Made by a program: the position numbers and the translations under genes. Shown piece after piece: positions 37,101-45,838 of a stretch of 53,057 nucleotides of DNA (position 1 is the first letter of the stretch; the number at the start of each line of letters is the position of its first letter). The stretch is taken from the NCBI GenBank assembly GCA_945859975.1, contig CAMAPH010000018.1, positions 1-53,057 of the forward strand, given 5' to 3'. A model generated the notes under the pieces. The model was not told the DNA's origin. It was given only the letters and a program-made list of their open reading frames with translations, and ran no database searches. This DNA is from Chthonomonas calidirosea (GTDB taxonomy: Bacteria; Armatimonadota; Fimbriimonadia; Fimbriimonadales; Fimbriimonadaceae).

Positions 37101-37539
37101 TATCGTTGATTGGTGCCCAGTTCGTTCCAGCGTCTGAGCTGTACCAAATTCCGCCACTGACGGCACCCATCCACATTCGGTTGTGTTCGGTTGGGTGAAT
37201 GAGCAGCGAACGCGTTCGGCCAGTGACGTTGTGAGGGCCAACTTCTGACCAAACATTCTCCGTCGGGCCAAAGCGAGATCGCTCGGACACGAGACTTTTG
37301 ATCTGCTTGAGAGCATTCGAATATCCGTTCGGATCAATCTGTCCGTTTTCGTCGAGTTGACCTAGTCGGCGCCATCGCGCAGCTTCGTAGGCGCCGGTTG
37401 CAGGGAGGAGCTTTACTCGTTCCTTTCCGGCAGGGACTTCGACGCTGGGCCGAACTCCTCGAAATTGAGATTTGTCAATCGTCTCAGCCTTAAGCTGAGC
37501 ATTTAACGTGCAAAGGGCGAACGCAACGCTAAGCAACAT
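34132..37539 (-). CDS. Large secreted BNR/Asp-box beta-propeller protein (VPS10/GH74-like) with four C-terminal Ig-like repeats
   Basis: Many S/T-x-D/N-G-G-x-T/S-W boxes; GDGG motif; repeats of L-x-x-PA-x-x-GG-x-x-V-x-L-x-SS...VPA-x-VT-x-PAG. Confidence 0.88.
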   Translation of the reverse strand: MLLSVAFALCTLNAQLKAETIDKSQFRGVRPSVEVPAGKERVKLLPATGAYEAARWRRLGQLDENGQIDPNGYSNALKQIKSLVSERSRFGPTENVWSEVGPHNVTGRTRSLLIHPTEHNRMWMGAVSGGIWYSSDAGTNWAPINDKLPNLNITHMAFEPGNPNTMFAATGEGYFNSDAKSGNGLYKSTDGGNTWTVFASTAGFGNINKVAISPTSVTTMLVGTQGGGIRRTTNGGTSWTNPIPAQMGYGATFHPTDGNQAIATVLDYDFSGRGWFTKAFRTTDAGATWSACTGLDFTGFDSRIEIAYAPSNPTIVYAHTGFNGGKVYKSTDSGATFTLATTSGTTNASWYYNSIWVDPFDANLIIATGLNINRSFNGGATFSNIGYGYLQTENPHPDMHLGVAHPGYNGTTNLQFFVCTDGGIHRADNIRTVTDATGWTRLTRNASTMQFYGAAGNGTTGVLFGGSQDNGSIRIDLGSTVSTNPFVFGGDGGFSAVSHVDSNYLYGEYINLQIFRSTNGGNSANYITSGLNRSGANFIAPLALDPNDDNYLYGGASNLSRSTNAKAATPTWSSIFNFGSTISAITIAKGNSNLIYVGGNDGRVYKSTNGQAVSPTFTAIDDNTGTNPFPSRYIHRIAVDPSNNNIVYVALGGFSAGNIYKSVNGGTTWTALAGLPSAPVHGICVNPTNSNEIWAGTEVGIIRSLNGGTSWTAPADGPLNVAVDEVVYLHNSTKVLAATHGRGLWIYGPVSLTGFTGPANLLSGETGTFNVTFDLPAGAAGRVVNLSSSNPAILPVPSSITVPARGTTAGFTAIAGGSASAASVTLTASTSDGLSQTLVVGIGPIGLDRVEVTPTTPIGGRSGTAARVYLNGPAPAGGIVVNLTTSNAAVLTVPATVTIPAGQTNRAVTVTTATRSTRSPAWVKATYNGVAKQKNFNIEVPLPTALTITPFSFTGGVLATVVTGKIDLIVPAGPGGLTVALASSDSAITVPATVTFPAGASTVNFPITHSAVTSSRDFGIKVTAGFQEKRGYGRVVAPQISSAIVSPSTVKGGSGTVVSLQVNLSGPAPAGGLRVYLYSSLGSAASMPASILIPGGSTFGTATVTHFAVTSSKVVTLTASNSSYGKRTATLTINP

Positions 37540-37618
37540 GGTTCTTCGGCCAGAATACAGCAAACTGGCTCGCTTGAGAATTGCCTAGCGAGGAATATTT
37601 TGGCTACCTCGGAAAAAG

Positions 37619-37695
37619 TGGTAGCGGCGAGAGGACTTGAACCTCCGACAACTCGGGTATGAACCGAGTGCTCTAACCAACTGAGCTACGCCGCC
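37619..37695 (-). tRNA. tRNA-Met (CAT), elongator type
   Basis: Reverse strand GGCGGCGTAGCTCAGTTGGTTAGAGCA-CTCGG TTCATAC CCGAG-TTGTCGGAGGTTCAAGTCCTCTCGCCGCTACCA; lacks the initiator GGG/CCC anticodon stem. Confidence 0.95.
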
Positions 37696-37760
37696 GTGAG
37701 GAAAGCTATTATGGCACGAACCAGCGTCGATTCTCTCGCATCTGTCCATACTGTTTCGTG

Positions 37761-39908
37761 ATGCTTGGAGCATTGTTACTCGTTGTTCAGGGCTACGACC
37801 TTGCCGGACTGGATCAACTCGCCAAATCTCGTGACGTGGCCGGAATCGTTGGGCGGCTCGCTCCCGGTCAACCGGAGGCCGTAAAGCACCTCGCCGCGAT
37901 CAAGACGAACGGTGCCTATGACACCGGTAGATTCGGTTGGAAGGCGGAAGGTGACGGAAAAAATGTGGTTCTCACCACCGCGCTCACCTCGGAAGACATC
38001 GGAGACTATCTGTTCTCAATTCAGAACGGCAAGCTGCGGTATGTCCCAGAAACGTCAACCCTGGGCGTTCGAATCAAGCGCCACTCCATTGTCGCCAGCT
38101 TTGACATCCAAAACAAACTCGCGATGATCAGCGACGTGGTTCAGTTCAAGAGCCAGGGGCAAGGGGCATGGAATTTCCGCCTGTCGCCCGCTTATAGGGT
38201 TGAGAGCATCGAGACGACACTCGGGGTCAATGTCCCGTTCCGCCAATATGGCGGAGTCGTGCTGTTCGATTCTCGGCCCGGCTCTGACTTTAGCTATCAC
38301 ATTCGCTACGTCGGAAAAGTCAATTTGCCGCAATATGCGGGCAGCATCTCCGAGAAGGAGATTTCCCTTACGAACGACTATTGGTATCCGCTGATCGGTC
38401 GAAATCCAGCTCCGTACGATCTGACGACGCAGGTTCCCGCAGAGTGGACGCCGGTTGGTCAGGGAGTCAAGTTGTCTGAATCCGTGAACGATGGACTGAA
38501 GACGACCAAGTTCAAGATGGACTTGCCGGTCGTTTATTACAGTTTCGCGGCAGGTCCCTACAAGTCGACGTCGGTGAAGCTAGGCACGAAAATCTACCGA
38601 GCCTGGAGTCCGCGACTCAATGAGCGACAACTGGACACGACGGCGCGGATGTACGCGCCGATTGTTAACTATTTCGAAAGCGCGTTCGGTCCGTTTCCGT
38701 TCCCCGGTTATGGCGCGCTTGATAGCCCAGCATACGGCGGCGGCGCACTAGAGGCCTACAGTCATGCGACATGGGGCGGTGGGCTTCCGATGGAAGACTC
38801 ACACGAGACCGCGCACACCTATTGGGGCGGGCTGGTCAACAATTCCTATCTCACCGACTTCTGGAATGAAAGCTTCGCGGTGTTCTGCGAGGGCCTTTAT
38901 TCTCGTAACGTGCCGATTGGAGACCCAATGTCACGGAAGCAGGCGTACGTTAGCGATGCCGATCCGATTCCGGCGTACAACGAGCACCCGATCACGAACG
39001 GTGGCGCGTATGCCGGCGGCGTAGCGTCCTCGCTGGGTTACGGAAAGGGAGCCAAGGTTCTTCAGATGCTCGAACAGATCGTGGGAACGCAGGCGCTGAT
39101 TCAAACCATGCGAAAGTGGAAGGATCAGCACTCCCGCACCGAGGTTGCTAGCTGGCAGTCGTTCCGGGCTCTCGCAATTGCTCGGCACCCAGATCGAAAC
39201 TTAACCCGCTTCTTCAATGACTGGCTCGATCAGTCAGGTTGGGCAAAGCTATCCCTATCGAATGTCCGGTATGCGAACCGAACCGTCGCGTTTGACCTCA
39301 CCTTCAACGGCAAGGAGTACTACCTTCCGGTTGACGTATTGCTCGAGTATCCCGGCGGTCGTCAGGTCTACACGAAGTTGACCGTTCTCAAGTCAGGTCG
39401 CTACTCAATCGAATCGGCCGCGAAGCCGGACCTCATCTCGATTGACCCTTGGAATCGGCTACTCCGAGATCGAAATGCCAACGAAACGCCAGCATCAATT
39501 CAGACTTCGTACCAGCGAAATCGTCGCGTTACGGATGCCAAGCAGGATTGGTTCACCGAGGGCTGGAACCCTTCTAGCCAGAACAGCATTCCTGCCGATC
39601 CGGGGAACCACCTGATCATCGGGCATCCCGAAACTTTGCCTGGCATGGCGCAACTCTGCGCAAAAGCCGGGTTCGTGGTGAAGGGAAGCAAGCTTCAGTA
39701 CGGAGCGAGAGTTGTCGATCTAAATGCTGGCGGCGCAATGGCGGTCGTCCAGCTGGAGAACGGCAAATCTTGCGTGATCGCGCTTGGAAAAGTACGATGC
39801 CGACCGGACATGGGCCGAGCGAAGCTTGCCTTGCTGGATGACTTTGGTCGGATGACATTTGGTCTGACCGATCCAAAGCGATCGGGCAACTTGACCGCAC
39901 GGCTCTAA
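37761..39908 (+). CDS. Exported M1-family (gluzincin) aminopeptidase
   Basis: GGALE (GAMEN variant), HETAH...WNESFA, YGKGAKVLQML. Confidence 0.88.
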   Translation: MLGALLLVVQGYDLAGLDQLAKSRDVAGIVGRLAPGQPEAVKHLAAIKTNGAYDTGRFGWKAEGDGKNVVLTTALTSEDIGDYLFSIQNGKLRYVPETSTLGVRIKRHSIVASFDIQNKLAMISDVVQFKSQGQGAWNFRLSPAYRVESIETTLGVNVPFRQYGGVVLFDSRPGSDFSYHIRYVGKVNLPQYAGSISEKEISLTNDYWYPLIGRNPAPYDLTTQVPAEWTPVGQGVKLSESVNDGLKTTKFKMDLPVVYYSFAAGPYKSTSVKLGTKIYRAWSPRLNERQLDTTARMYAPIVNYFESAFGPFPFPGYGALDSPAYGGGALEAYSHATWGGGLPMEDSHETAHTYWGGLVNNSYLTDFWNESFAVFCEGLYSRNVPIGDPMSRKQAYVSDADPIPAYNEHPITNGGAYAGGVASSLGYGKGAKVLQMLEQIVGTQALIQTMRKWKDQHSRTEVASWQSFRALAIARHPDRNLTRFFNDWLDQSGWAKLSLSNVRYANRTVAFDLTFNGKEYYLPVDVLLEYPGGRQVYTKLTVLKSGRYSIESAAKPDLISIDPWNRLLRDRNANETPASIQTSYQRNRRVTDAKQDWFTEGWNPSSQNSIPADPGNHLIIGHPETLPGMAQLCAKAGFVVKGSKLQYGARVVDLNAGGAMAVVQLENGKSCVIALGKVRCRPDMGRAKLALLDDFGRMTFGLTDPKRSGNLTARL

Positions 39909-40777
39909 GCCGATTCCGTTGGGGCGTGAGTCACGTCCCAACGACCCGAATGGCGGTCGGTCCAGTTCTGTACTTCGCCATGCTGTCGGGCCTCCATGAG
40001 GGCTTCCAAGTTGAGGTCCGTGACTACAACGCCTTCTTCGTTCATCTCAGATTCGCGGAGGATCGCTTCCTCTCGAAATGGCTCGACGCTGGGGGCGATG
40101 ATCGAGCTGTTTCCGTAGCTTTCGGGGACCGGCTCGTATCCGAATCCGCCGACGAGTGAGGCATGGACCACGAAGATCTGATTCTCAATCGCGCGGGCTT
40201 GGCAGCTCCATCGCACACGCTGGTAGCCGCGGACGGTTTCCGTCCAAGCCGGAACCGCGAGGATTTGGCAACCTGCTTCGGCTAGCGCTCGGCCCGCTTC
40301 TGGGAATTCAGAGTCGTAGCAGACGTTCACCCCGATGCCAGGATCGAAGGTCGTGAGGCCCTCGCCGGGAGCGATCTTCCAGACTTCGCGTTCGTAACGG
40401 GTGAGATTGTTTTTCTCGGCGAAAATCACCGTGGCGTTTGGTCGCGCGATGGCGCAAACATTCTTAATCTCTTCGCCGCTTTTCTTGAAGTGAGAACCGC
40501 CGATGATGGTCATTCCGCTGGAGGTCGAGATTCGCTCGAGCCACTGCTCGAGGGCTTCGGCGTACTGAACCAGATAGTCGGGGCTCTGATGCTCCTGTAG
40601 GTTCCGCTCGATTGAGAGAAGCTCAAGGACGTGCAACTCTGGCAAAACCACGACCTGGGCTCCCTCGCCGTGCGCGAAGCTAATGAGGTCATGCAGATGA
40701 CCGAAATAGTCGCCGTCACTTCGGATCGTGCGAAGCTTCCAGGCAACGCTTGCTACTCGAATATTCAGGGCTTCCAC
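39905..40777 (-). CDS. Carbon-nitrogen hydrolase (nitrilase superfamily)
   Basis: E-K-C triad in VVLPEL, AEKNNLT, NVCYDSEFPE; ARAIENQ. Confidence 0.92.
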   Translation of the reverse strand: MEALNIRVASVAWKLRTIRSDGDYFGHLHDLISFAHGEGAQVVVLPELHVLELLSIERNLQEHQSPDYLVQYAEALEQWLERISTSSGMTIIGGSHFKKSGEEIKNVCAIARPNATVIFAEKNNLTRYEREVWKIAPGEGLTTFDPGIGVNVCYDSEFPEAGRALAEAGCQILAVPAWTETVRGYQRVRWSCQARAIENQIFVVHASLVGGFGYEPVPESYGNSSIIAPSVEPFREEAILRESEMNEEGVVVTDLNLEALMEARQHGEVQNWTDRHSGRWDVTHAPTESA

Positions 40778-41376
40778 TCCAAAAGCGCCGCGTGATTCAA
40801 AGATTCAGGGTCCGGCATATAGTTTTCAATCACTCCAAGGCTCGTCAGGCCATATCGCAAGAGCGGAGTTAGAGTTCGGTCTGTCATCTCTGCAGTGACC
40901 ACATTTTGAACATAGTTCTCGGCCGACGTTTCTCCGCTTTCTACGAATCCGGGAATTCTACACGCCGTGCCATAGCGAGTTAGTTGGTGGTTGCGAACGT
41001 ACTCGAACCGGGCCTCATAGAAAGATCGGCCGACACCTTGGCGCCGAAAATCGGGATCCACGCTGATATCGAGACCGTAAAGCGTGTTGCCATTGAGTTC
41101 GATCCCTTCAAGGCTAGGGCCGCCTACGGTGCGATACCAAGGGGCATGAAGGTTCCAGCGCTCTTCACTGATCAACGTGTTACTGCAAGAGCCGATGACG
41201 GTGCCATCGTGGCTTAACGCTACCCATTGGCCAAGAGGGAAGACCCGGATGTGGGCTTCGATGTGCTCCGGGTCCCAGTGCAGTTCTGGATCGAAAGGGG
41301 GCGGAAACGCCTTTTGCTGCAATGCGACGACGCCTGCGATGTCCTCCATTTGGGCCAGCCGAATCTGAAAGCTCAT
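40765..41376 (-). CDS. GNAT N-acetyltransferase
   Basis: DISVDPDFRRQGVG acetyl-CoA motif; FPLGQWVA; NYMPDPES. Confidence 0.9.
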   Translation of the reverse strand: MSFQIRLAQMEDIAGVVALQQKAFPPPFDPELHWDPEHIEAHIRVFPLGQWVALSHDGTVIGSCSNTLISEERWNLHAPWYRTVGGPSLEGIELNGNTLYGLDISVDPDFRRQGVGRSFYEARFEYVRNHQLTRYGTACRIPGFVESGETSAENYVQNVVTAEMTDRTLTPLLRYGLTSLGVIENYMPDPESLNHAALLEWKP

Positions 41377-42212
41377 AGTTGGATTCTGAGGATGTCGATG
41401 ATCCGCATTAGGTCTTCTTCGGAGTAGAAGTCGATGCTAATCTTTCCGCCGCGGCTGTCTCGGCGGACGTTGACCGGTGACATGAAGTGTTCTCGAAGGG
41501 CAGTTTCTAGGGCCTGATCTTGCGAGTGGTAGGGAGTTGTAGTTTCCTTTGTTGCCGGTTTCTTGCCTTTTTCCGGCTTCACCAGCCGCTCGACGTCTCG
41601 AACGCTCAGGCCCTCGTCGACGATGCGATAGAAGACTTCCAAAATTCGGTCTTCATTTGGTAGGGCAAGGAGGGCACGCGCGTGTCCCTCGCTGAGTAGT
41701 CCGTTCTGAACGGAATCTTGGACAAGTTGCGGCAGGCGGAGCAGGCGCATCGCGTTGGCGACGCCGGCTCGGCTCTTTCCAACTCGGGCAGCTACCTGCT
41801 CTTGGGTGAGGCCGAACTCTTCGATGAGCTGCATGTAGGCCAGGCCGCACTCAATCGCAGAGATGTCTTCGCGCTGAACGTTTTCGATAAGCGCAAGTTC
41901 TAGGGAAGATTGGGACGCGGTTGAGCGGATGACGACCGGTACGGTGCTGAGCCCGGCCAGCTTCGCGGCGCGGAGTCGGCGTTCGCCCGCAATGAGTTCG
42001 TACTTGCCTTCTGAAACGGGGCGCACCAAGAGCGGCTGCAGAATGCCATGTAGCCGAATCGAACTGGCAAGATCGTCCAGCGCATCTGGATTGAACTCTT
42101 TTCGCGGCTGCCGGGCATTGGGTGAAATCGAGTTGACGTTAACTTCGCTGAGGGTGCTGTCGAACTGCTCGGCGATCAGTTGGGAGAGTCCTCGTCCAAG
42201 TGCTTTTCTCAT
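41373..42212 (-). CDS. parB: Chromosome partitioning protein ParB/Spo0J
   Basis: ALGRGL, QPRK, GILQPL, IAGERRLRAA, ENVQREDI, HTH, GHARAL. Confidence 0.96.
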   Translation of the reverse strand: MRKALGRGLSQLIAEQFDSTLSEVNVNSISPNARQPRKEFNPDALDDLASSIRLHGILQPLLVRPVSEGKYELIAGERRLRAAKLAGLSTVPVVIRSTASQSSLELALIENVQREDISAIECGLAYMQLIEEFGLTQEQVAARVGKSRAGVANAMRLLRLPQLVQDSVQNGLLSEGHARALLALPNEDRILEVFYRIVDEGLSVRDVERLVKPEKGKKPATKETTTPYHSQDQALETALREHFMSPVNVRRDSRGGKISIDFYSEEDLMRIIDILRIQL

Positions 42213-42982
42213 CGTGCTAACACCTCGTCGGCCAAGGCGACGTATGCTTCAGCGCCTTTCGAGGATGGATACCTTACCACTGCCGATTCGCCATGGCTTG
42301 GGGCTTCGCTCAGCCGAACGTTTCGCGGAATCACGACGGTACTCACCTTCTCGCCAAAGTAGCCTCGCACTTCCTCTTCAACTTGTTGGGTCAGCCGGTT
42401 TCGAGGGTCATACATTGTCAGCAAAACGAGCTCAATCGAGACTCGCGGATTGATTCGGCGCTTTACCAAGTCGACCGTTTTCAGAAGCTGGCTGAGGCCC
42501 TCTAGGGCGTAGAACTCGCACTGGAGGGGAACGATCAGGCCGTCCGACGCGGCGAGAATGTTGACGGTGAGGAGTCCTAAGCTCGGTGGGCTGTCGATGA
42601 GGATCCAGTCGAAATTGGGTGCGAGGTTTTGAACGGCTTCGGCCAAAATTTGCTCTTTACCGACCGCGTTGAGGAGGACCGATTCGGCTCCAGCAAGATC
42701 GATGTTGGAAGGGATGATCCAAAGGTTGTCTGAGACTTGATGGAGCGAGTTTTGAAGGACCTCAGCATTCTCGGTTCCGTCGACTCCGTCCACGATCACA
42801 TCGAACAAGGTTGCCTTGGTTTGCGACTTGTCGATGCCGACGCCGGTGGTGGCGTTGCCTTGTGGGTCGCAGTCGATAATGAGAGTCTTTTTCCCTTTTG
42901 CCGCCAGTGCCGCGGCAAAGTTCACCGCCGTCGTGGTTTTGCCGACTCCGCCCTTCTGATTAACAATTCCCCAAATCGGCAC
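42209..42982 (-). CDS. parA: Chromosome partitioning ATPase ParA/Soj
   Basis: NQKGGVGKTTT, DCDPQGNAT, DSPPSLG, QCEFYALEG, IPRNVRLSEAPSHG. Confidence 0.96.
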   Translation of the reverse strand: MPIWGIVNQKGGVGKTTTAVNFAAALAAKGKKTLIIDCDPQGNATTGVGIDKSQTKATLFDVIVDGVDGTENAEVLQNSLHQVSDNLWIIPSNIDLAGAESVLLNAVGKEQILAEAVQNLAPNFDWILIDSPPSLGLLTVNILAASDGLIVPLQCEFYALEGLSQLLKTVDLVKRRINPRVSIELVLLTMYDPRNRLTQQVEEEVRGYFGEKVSTVVIPRNVRLSEAPSHGESAVVRYPSSKGAEAYVALADEVLAR

Positions 42983-42989
42983 CGTTACA

Positions 42990-43916
42990 TTATGAAGCCG
43001 ACGCAGTCTTTGCCTTCGCGGCCACCCAAAGTTCGTCCCATTCGGCCAAAGTCAGCTCTTGCAGTGGCTTTGTCGTTGCTTCTTCCATGGCGCGGAAGCG
43101 CGCTTCGAACCGCGTCACCATGGTGCGCAGGCTAGCTTCGGCATCGATTCCCAGCCAGCGGGCAACGTTGACGAGGGTGAACAGCAGGTCGCCGAACTCG
43201 TCGGATTGTTCTTCGGGCGTTTCGGCTCGGCGGATTTCAGCGATTTCTTCGATGACCTTGTCGAGCACTGCATCCAAATCGGGCCACTCAAAGCCCGCTT
43301 TTGCGGCGCGCTTGCTTACTTTTTGTGCCCTCATCAGGGCCGGCATTCCTTTCGGAATACCGTTCAAGATGCTGGAGTCCGGCTTTTCTTGCCGCTTGAT
43401 CGCGTCCCAGTGGACGAGCACTTGCTCGGGCGTTCGGGCTTCCGCTTCGCCGAAAACGTGGGGGTGCCGTCGGATGAGCTTCTCGACCAGGGTCCGGGCG
43501 ATTTCCTCGGTCGAGAATCCACCGGCAAAACTTGAGATCTGGCCGTGAAGAACCGGCTGAAGCAGCACGTCGCCAAGCTCTTCTTTAAGATCGTTTTCGT
43601 CTTTTCGATCGATGGCGTCTAGGACTTCGTAGGCTTCCTCAACCAGATAGGGCTTGAGCGACTCGTGCGTTTGAGCCTGATCCCACGGGCAGCCGCCCGG
43701 TCCGAGAAGTCGATCGACGACCGCGACCAGCTCGGTCAGGGCACTCGGTGGACCCACAACTAATGTTGAGCCAACCGGAAGTTCATCGGGCGCAAGCGTC
43801 GCTTCGATTCCGAACGTGTCTAAGAGGCTTTGGGTTTGCTCAGTGTCCGCGAAAACTGCTGCAACGTGGTCGAGATCGGGCCGTTGGCCGTGTATAAGGC
43901 GAACGACCCGAATCAT
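42990..43916 (-). CDS. mazG: Nucleoside triphosphate pyrophosphohydrolase MazG
   Basis: GCPWDQAQT, EEAYEV, EELGDVL, KLIRRHPHVF, EFGDLLF. Confidence 0.93.
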   Translation of the reverse strand: MIRVVRLIHGQRPDLDHVAAVFADTEQTQSLLDTFGIEATLAPDELPVGSTLVVGPPSALTELVAVVDRLLGPGGCPWDQAQTHESLKPYLVEEAYEVLDAIDRKDENDLKEELGDVLLQPVLHGQISSFAGGFSTEEIARTLVEKLIRRHPHVFGEAEARTPEQVLVHWDAIKRQEKPDSSILNGIPKGMPALMRAQKVSKRAAKAGFEWPDLDAVLDKVIEEIAEIRRAETPEEQSDEFGDLLFTLVNVARWLGIDAEASLRTMVTRFEARFRAMEEATTKPLQELTLAEWDELWVAAKAKTASAS

Positions 43917-43922
43917 AACAGA

Positions 43923-44894
43923 CTAGCCTCCGGTGCTGGGCTGGCTGAGGTAGGCCTCAATCAGCTTTTGGTATGCCTTTGCCAGTTCGGGCTGCTTGAT
44001 GTCGATCTTGGCTTTTCGGCGCATGGCACCCATTTCTTTACCAATTTCATTCTTGACTCGGCCGAGATCGAGCATTCGGTTTCGGCGAATGCGCTTTCGA
44101 AGCTGCGGGGTGAGCTCTTCTTTCTTTTCGGCGGTGACGTCGTCTACGCGGAACTTGACGAAGGCAGGAGCATCGTTTGCCGAAGTGTTCAGCCACGGCG
44201 TGGTCTCGCCGATCTTGGTCTTCGAAAGCGCGGTGCGAATTTCGGTGCCGAGGGCGGTTTCAGGAACGGTGCCGTACTGGCCGCCGGAGACTTTGCTCAC
44301 GTCTTGGCTCCGGGCCTTCGCGACTTCGGCGAATGGTTTGCCAGCTTTGAGGTCTTCCTCGACGGCGGCTTTATCTGCGTCACTCACGACAACGACGACG
44401 CTGAGCTTGTATTGCTTCGGGATTAGGAACTCGCTCGCGCGCTCTTTGTAGATGCGGTCGATTTCTTGGTCGGTCACGGTGATACCGAAGGTCACGATTT
44501 TGAACTGTGCCATCTCGATCCGAATGGTGTTCCTGAGTTCATCTTCGGTCCGGCCAGAGCTTTTCCAGATTTCCAACAGGTCCGGATTGTCTCGATTTCG
44601 GTCGGCCATTTCTGACGTGACTTCAAGGTCGCTTGGGTAGACGCCCTTTTCCTTTGCCAGTTGCAAAATGAGCATATCGGTGACCATTTGGTCGATGGTC
44701 AAGAGTCCGGGTGGCACTTCGGTGAAGCCCGCGCCCATGCGCTTGCCGACTCCGGGGAGGAACTCCATGCGGCGGTAATAGTCGGCGCCTTTGACTTCCT
44801 CGCCGTTGACCGTCATAACGACACGGTTCACGTCAACTTGGGCGGTGGCGAAGACGCACGCAACCCAGACAACAAAAGTTAAAAATGATCTCAA
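43923..44894 (-). CDS. SurA/PrsA-like parvulin peptidyl-prolyl isomerase/chaperone
   Basis: Signal peptide, VMTVNGEEV, FAEVAKARSQD...GG. Confidence 0.85.
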   Translation of the reverse strand: MRSFLTFVVWVACVFATAQVDVNRVVMTVNGEEVKGADYYRRMEFLPGVGKRMGAGFTEVPPGLLTIDQMVTDMLILQLAKEKGVYPSDLEVTSEMADRNRDNPDLLEIWKSSGRTEDELRNTIRIEMAQFKIVTFGITVTDQEIDRIYKERASEFLIPKQYKLSVVVVVSDADKAAVEEDLKAGKPFAEVAKARSQDVSKVSGGQYGTVPETALGTEIRTALSKTKIGETTPWLNTSANDAPAFVKFRVDDVTAEKKEELTPQLRKRIRRNRMLDLGRVKNEIGKEMGAMRRKAKIDIKQPELAKAYQKLIEAYLSQPSTGG

Positions 44895-44947
44895 CGAAAA
44901 CTCCAGACGTTCATGTAGGTTAAGACGAACCGTTTCTACGCCAGAAA

Positions 44948-45838
44948 CTAACTTCGTGCTCCTGGCAGCTTGGCTTGCAGTTGCGGGAGAACGTCAAACA
45001 GGTCCGCAACGATGCCGATGTCGGCAACTTCGAAAATCGGGGCATCGCCATCTTTATTAATGGCGACGATCACTTTGCTGTCCTTGATGCCCGCCATGTG
45101 CTGGGTTGATCCAGAGATTCCGGCAGCGATGTACAGGTTCGGGGCAACGATCTTTCCGGTCTGTCCGACCTGCAGCTCGTTCGGAGCGATGCCGGTGTCC
45201 ACCGCAGCGCGGGTTGCGCCGACGGCGCCACCCAGGGCATCAGCAAGTCCGCCTAGCACGGTCTCGAACGTCGCGGCATCCTTCAGGGGCTTGCCTCCGC
45301 TAACGATGATTTTCGCCTGGCTCAGGTCGGGTCTTCCGGCCGTTTTGGCCGAGGCTTTGACGATCTTGCTGCCTGGGGCGGGCACTATGCCCATCGGCAC
45401 AACAGTTCCTGCCGTGAGTTCGGCCGGGGCAAAGTTGGACGGGCGGAAGGTGATGAAAACGGGAGGCTCTGCATCCACCGTAGCGATGACCGCGCCTGCG
45501 ACCATGGGGCGCAGGAATGTGGTGGGCGATTCGATCCCGATCGCGTCAGTAATCATTGCGGCGTCCAGAATCCCCGCAATTCGAGCGGCCAAATCCTTCG
45601 AGCGCATCGAGCTCACGAACGCGACGTGAGAGTAGGTGTGGACAAACACCGCGAGTAGTCCGGCCACGGTGTCTGCGGTCGGGATCGCCGTAAGTCCGGC
45701 TTGGAAGATTTTCTCTCCTCCAACGGTCGAGTTCCCAGATAGCAATAGCGCGTCGTACGGGAGGCCTAAAGCGGTGGCGAATCCTCCGCAGGAGTTCAGA
45801 TCGGATTCGTCGAACGCAATCAGTAGTAAGCGACTCAT
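44948..45838 (-). CDS. etfA: Electron transfer flavoprotein alpha subunit
   Basis: GATRAAVD, QVGQTGK, GISGSTQHMAG, AINKDGDAPIF. Confidence 0.95.
   Translation of the reverse strand: MSRLLLIAFDESDLNSCGGFATALGLPYDALLLSGNSTVGGEKIFQAGLTAIPTADTVAGLLAVFVHTYSHVAFVSSMRSKDLAARIAGILDAAMITDAIGIESPTTFLRPMVAGAVIATVDAEPPVFITFRPSNFAPAELTAGTVVPMGIVPAPGSKIVKASAKTAGRPDLSQAKIIVSGGKPLKDAATFETVLGGLADALGGAVGATRAAVDTGIAPNELQVGQTGKIVAPNLYIAAGISGSTQHMAGIKDSKVIVAINKDGDAPIFEVADIGIVADLFDVLPQLQAKLPGARS

Noticed and set aside
34132..37695. Genomic island integrated at tRNA-Met (or tRNA-Leu)
   Set aside because: No integrase, and I saw no duplicated tRNA 3' end; flanking genes look native.
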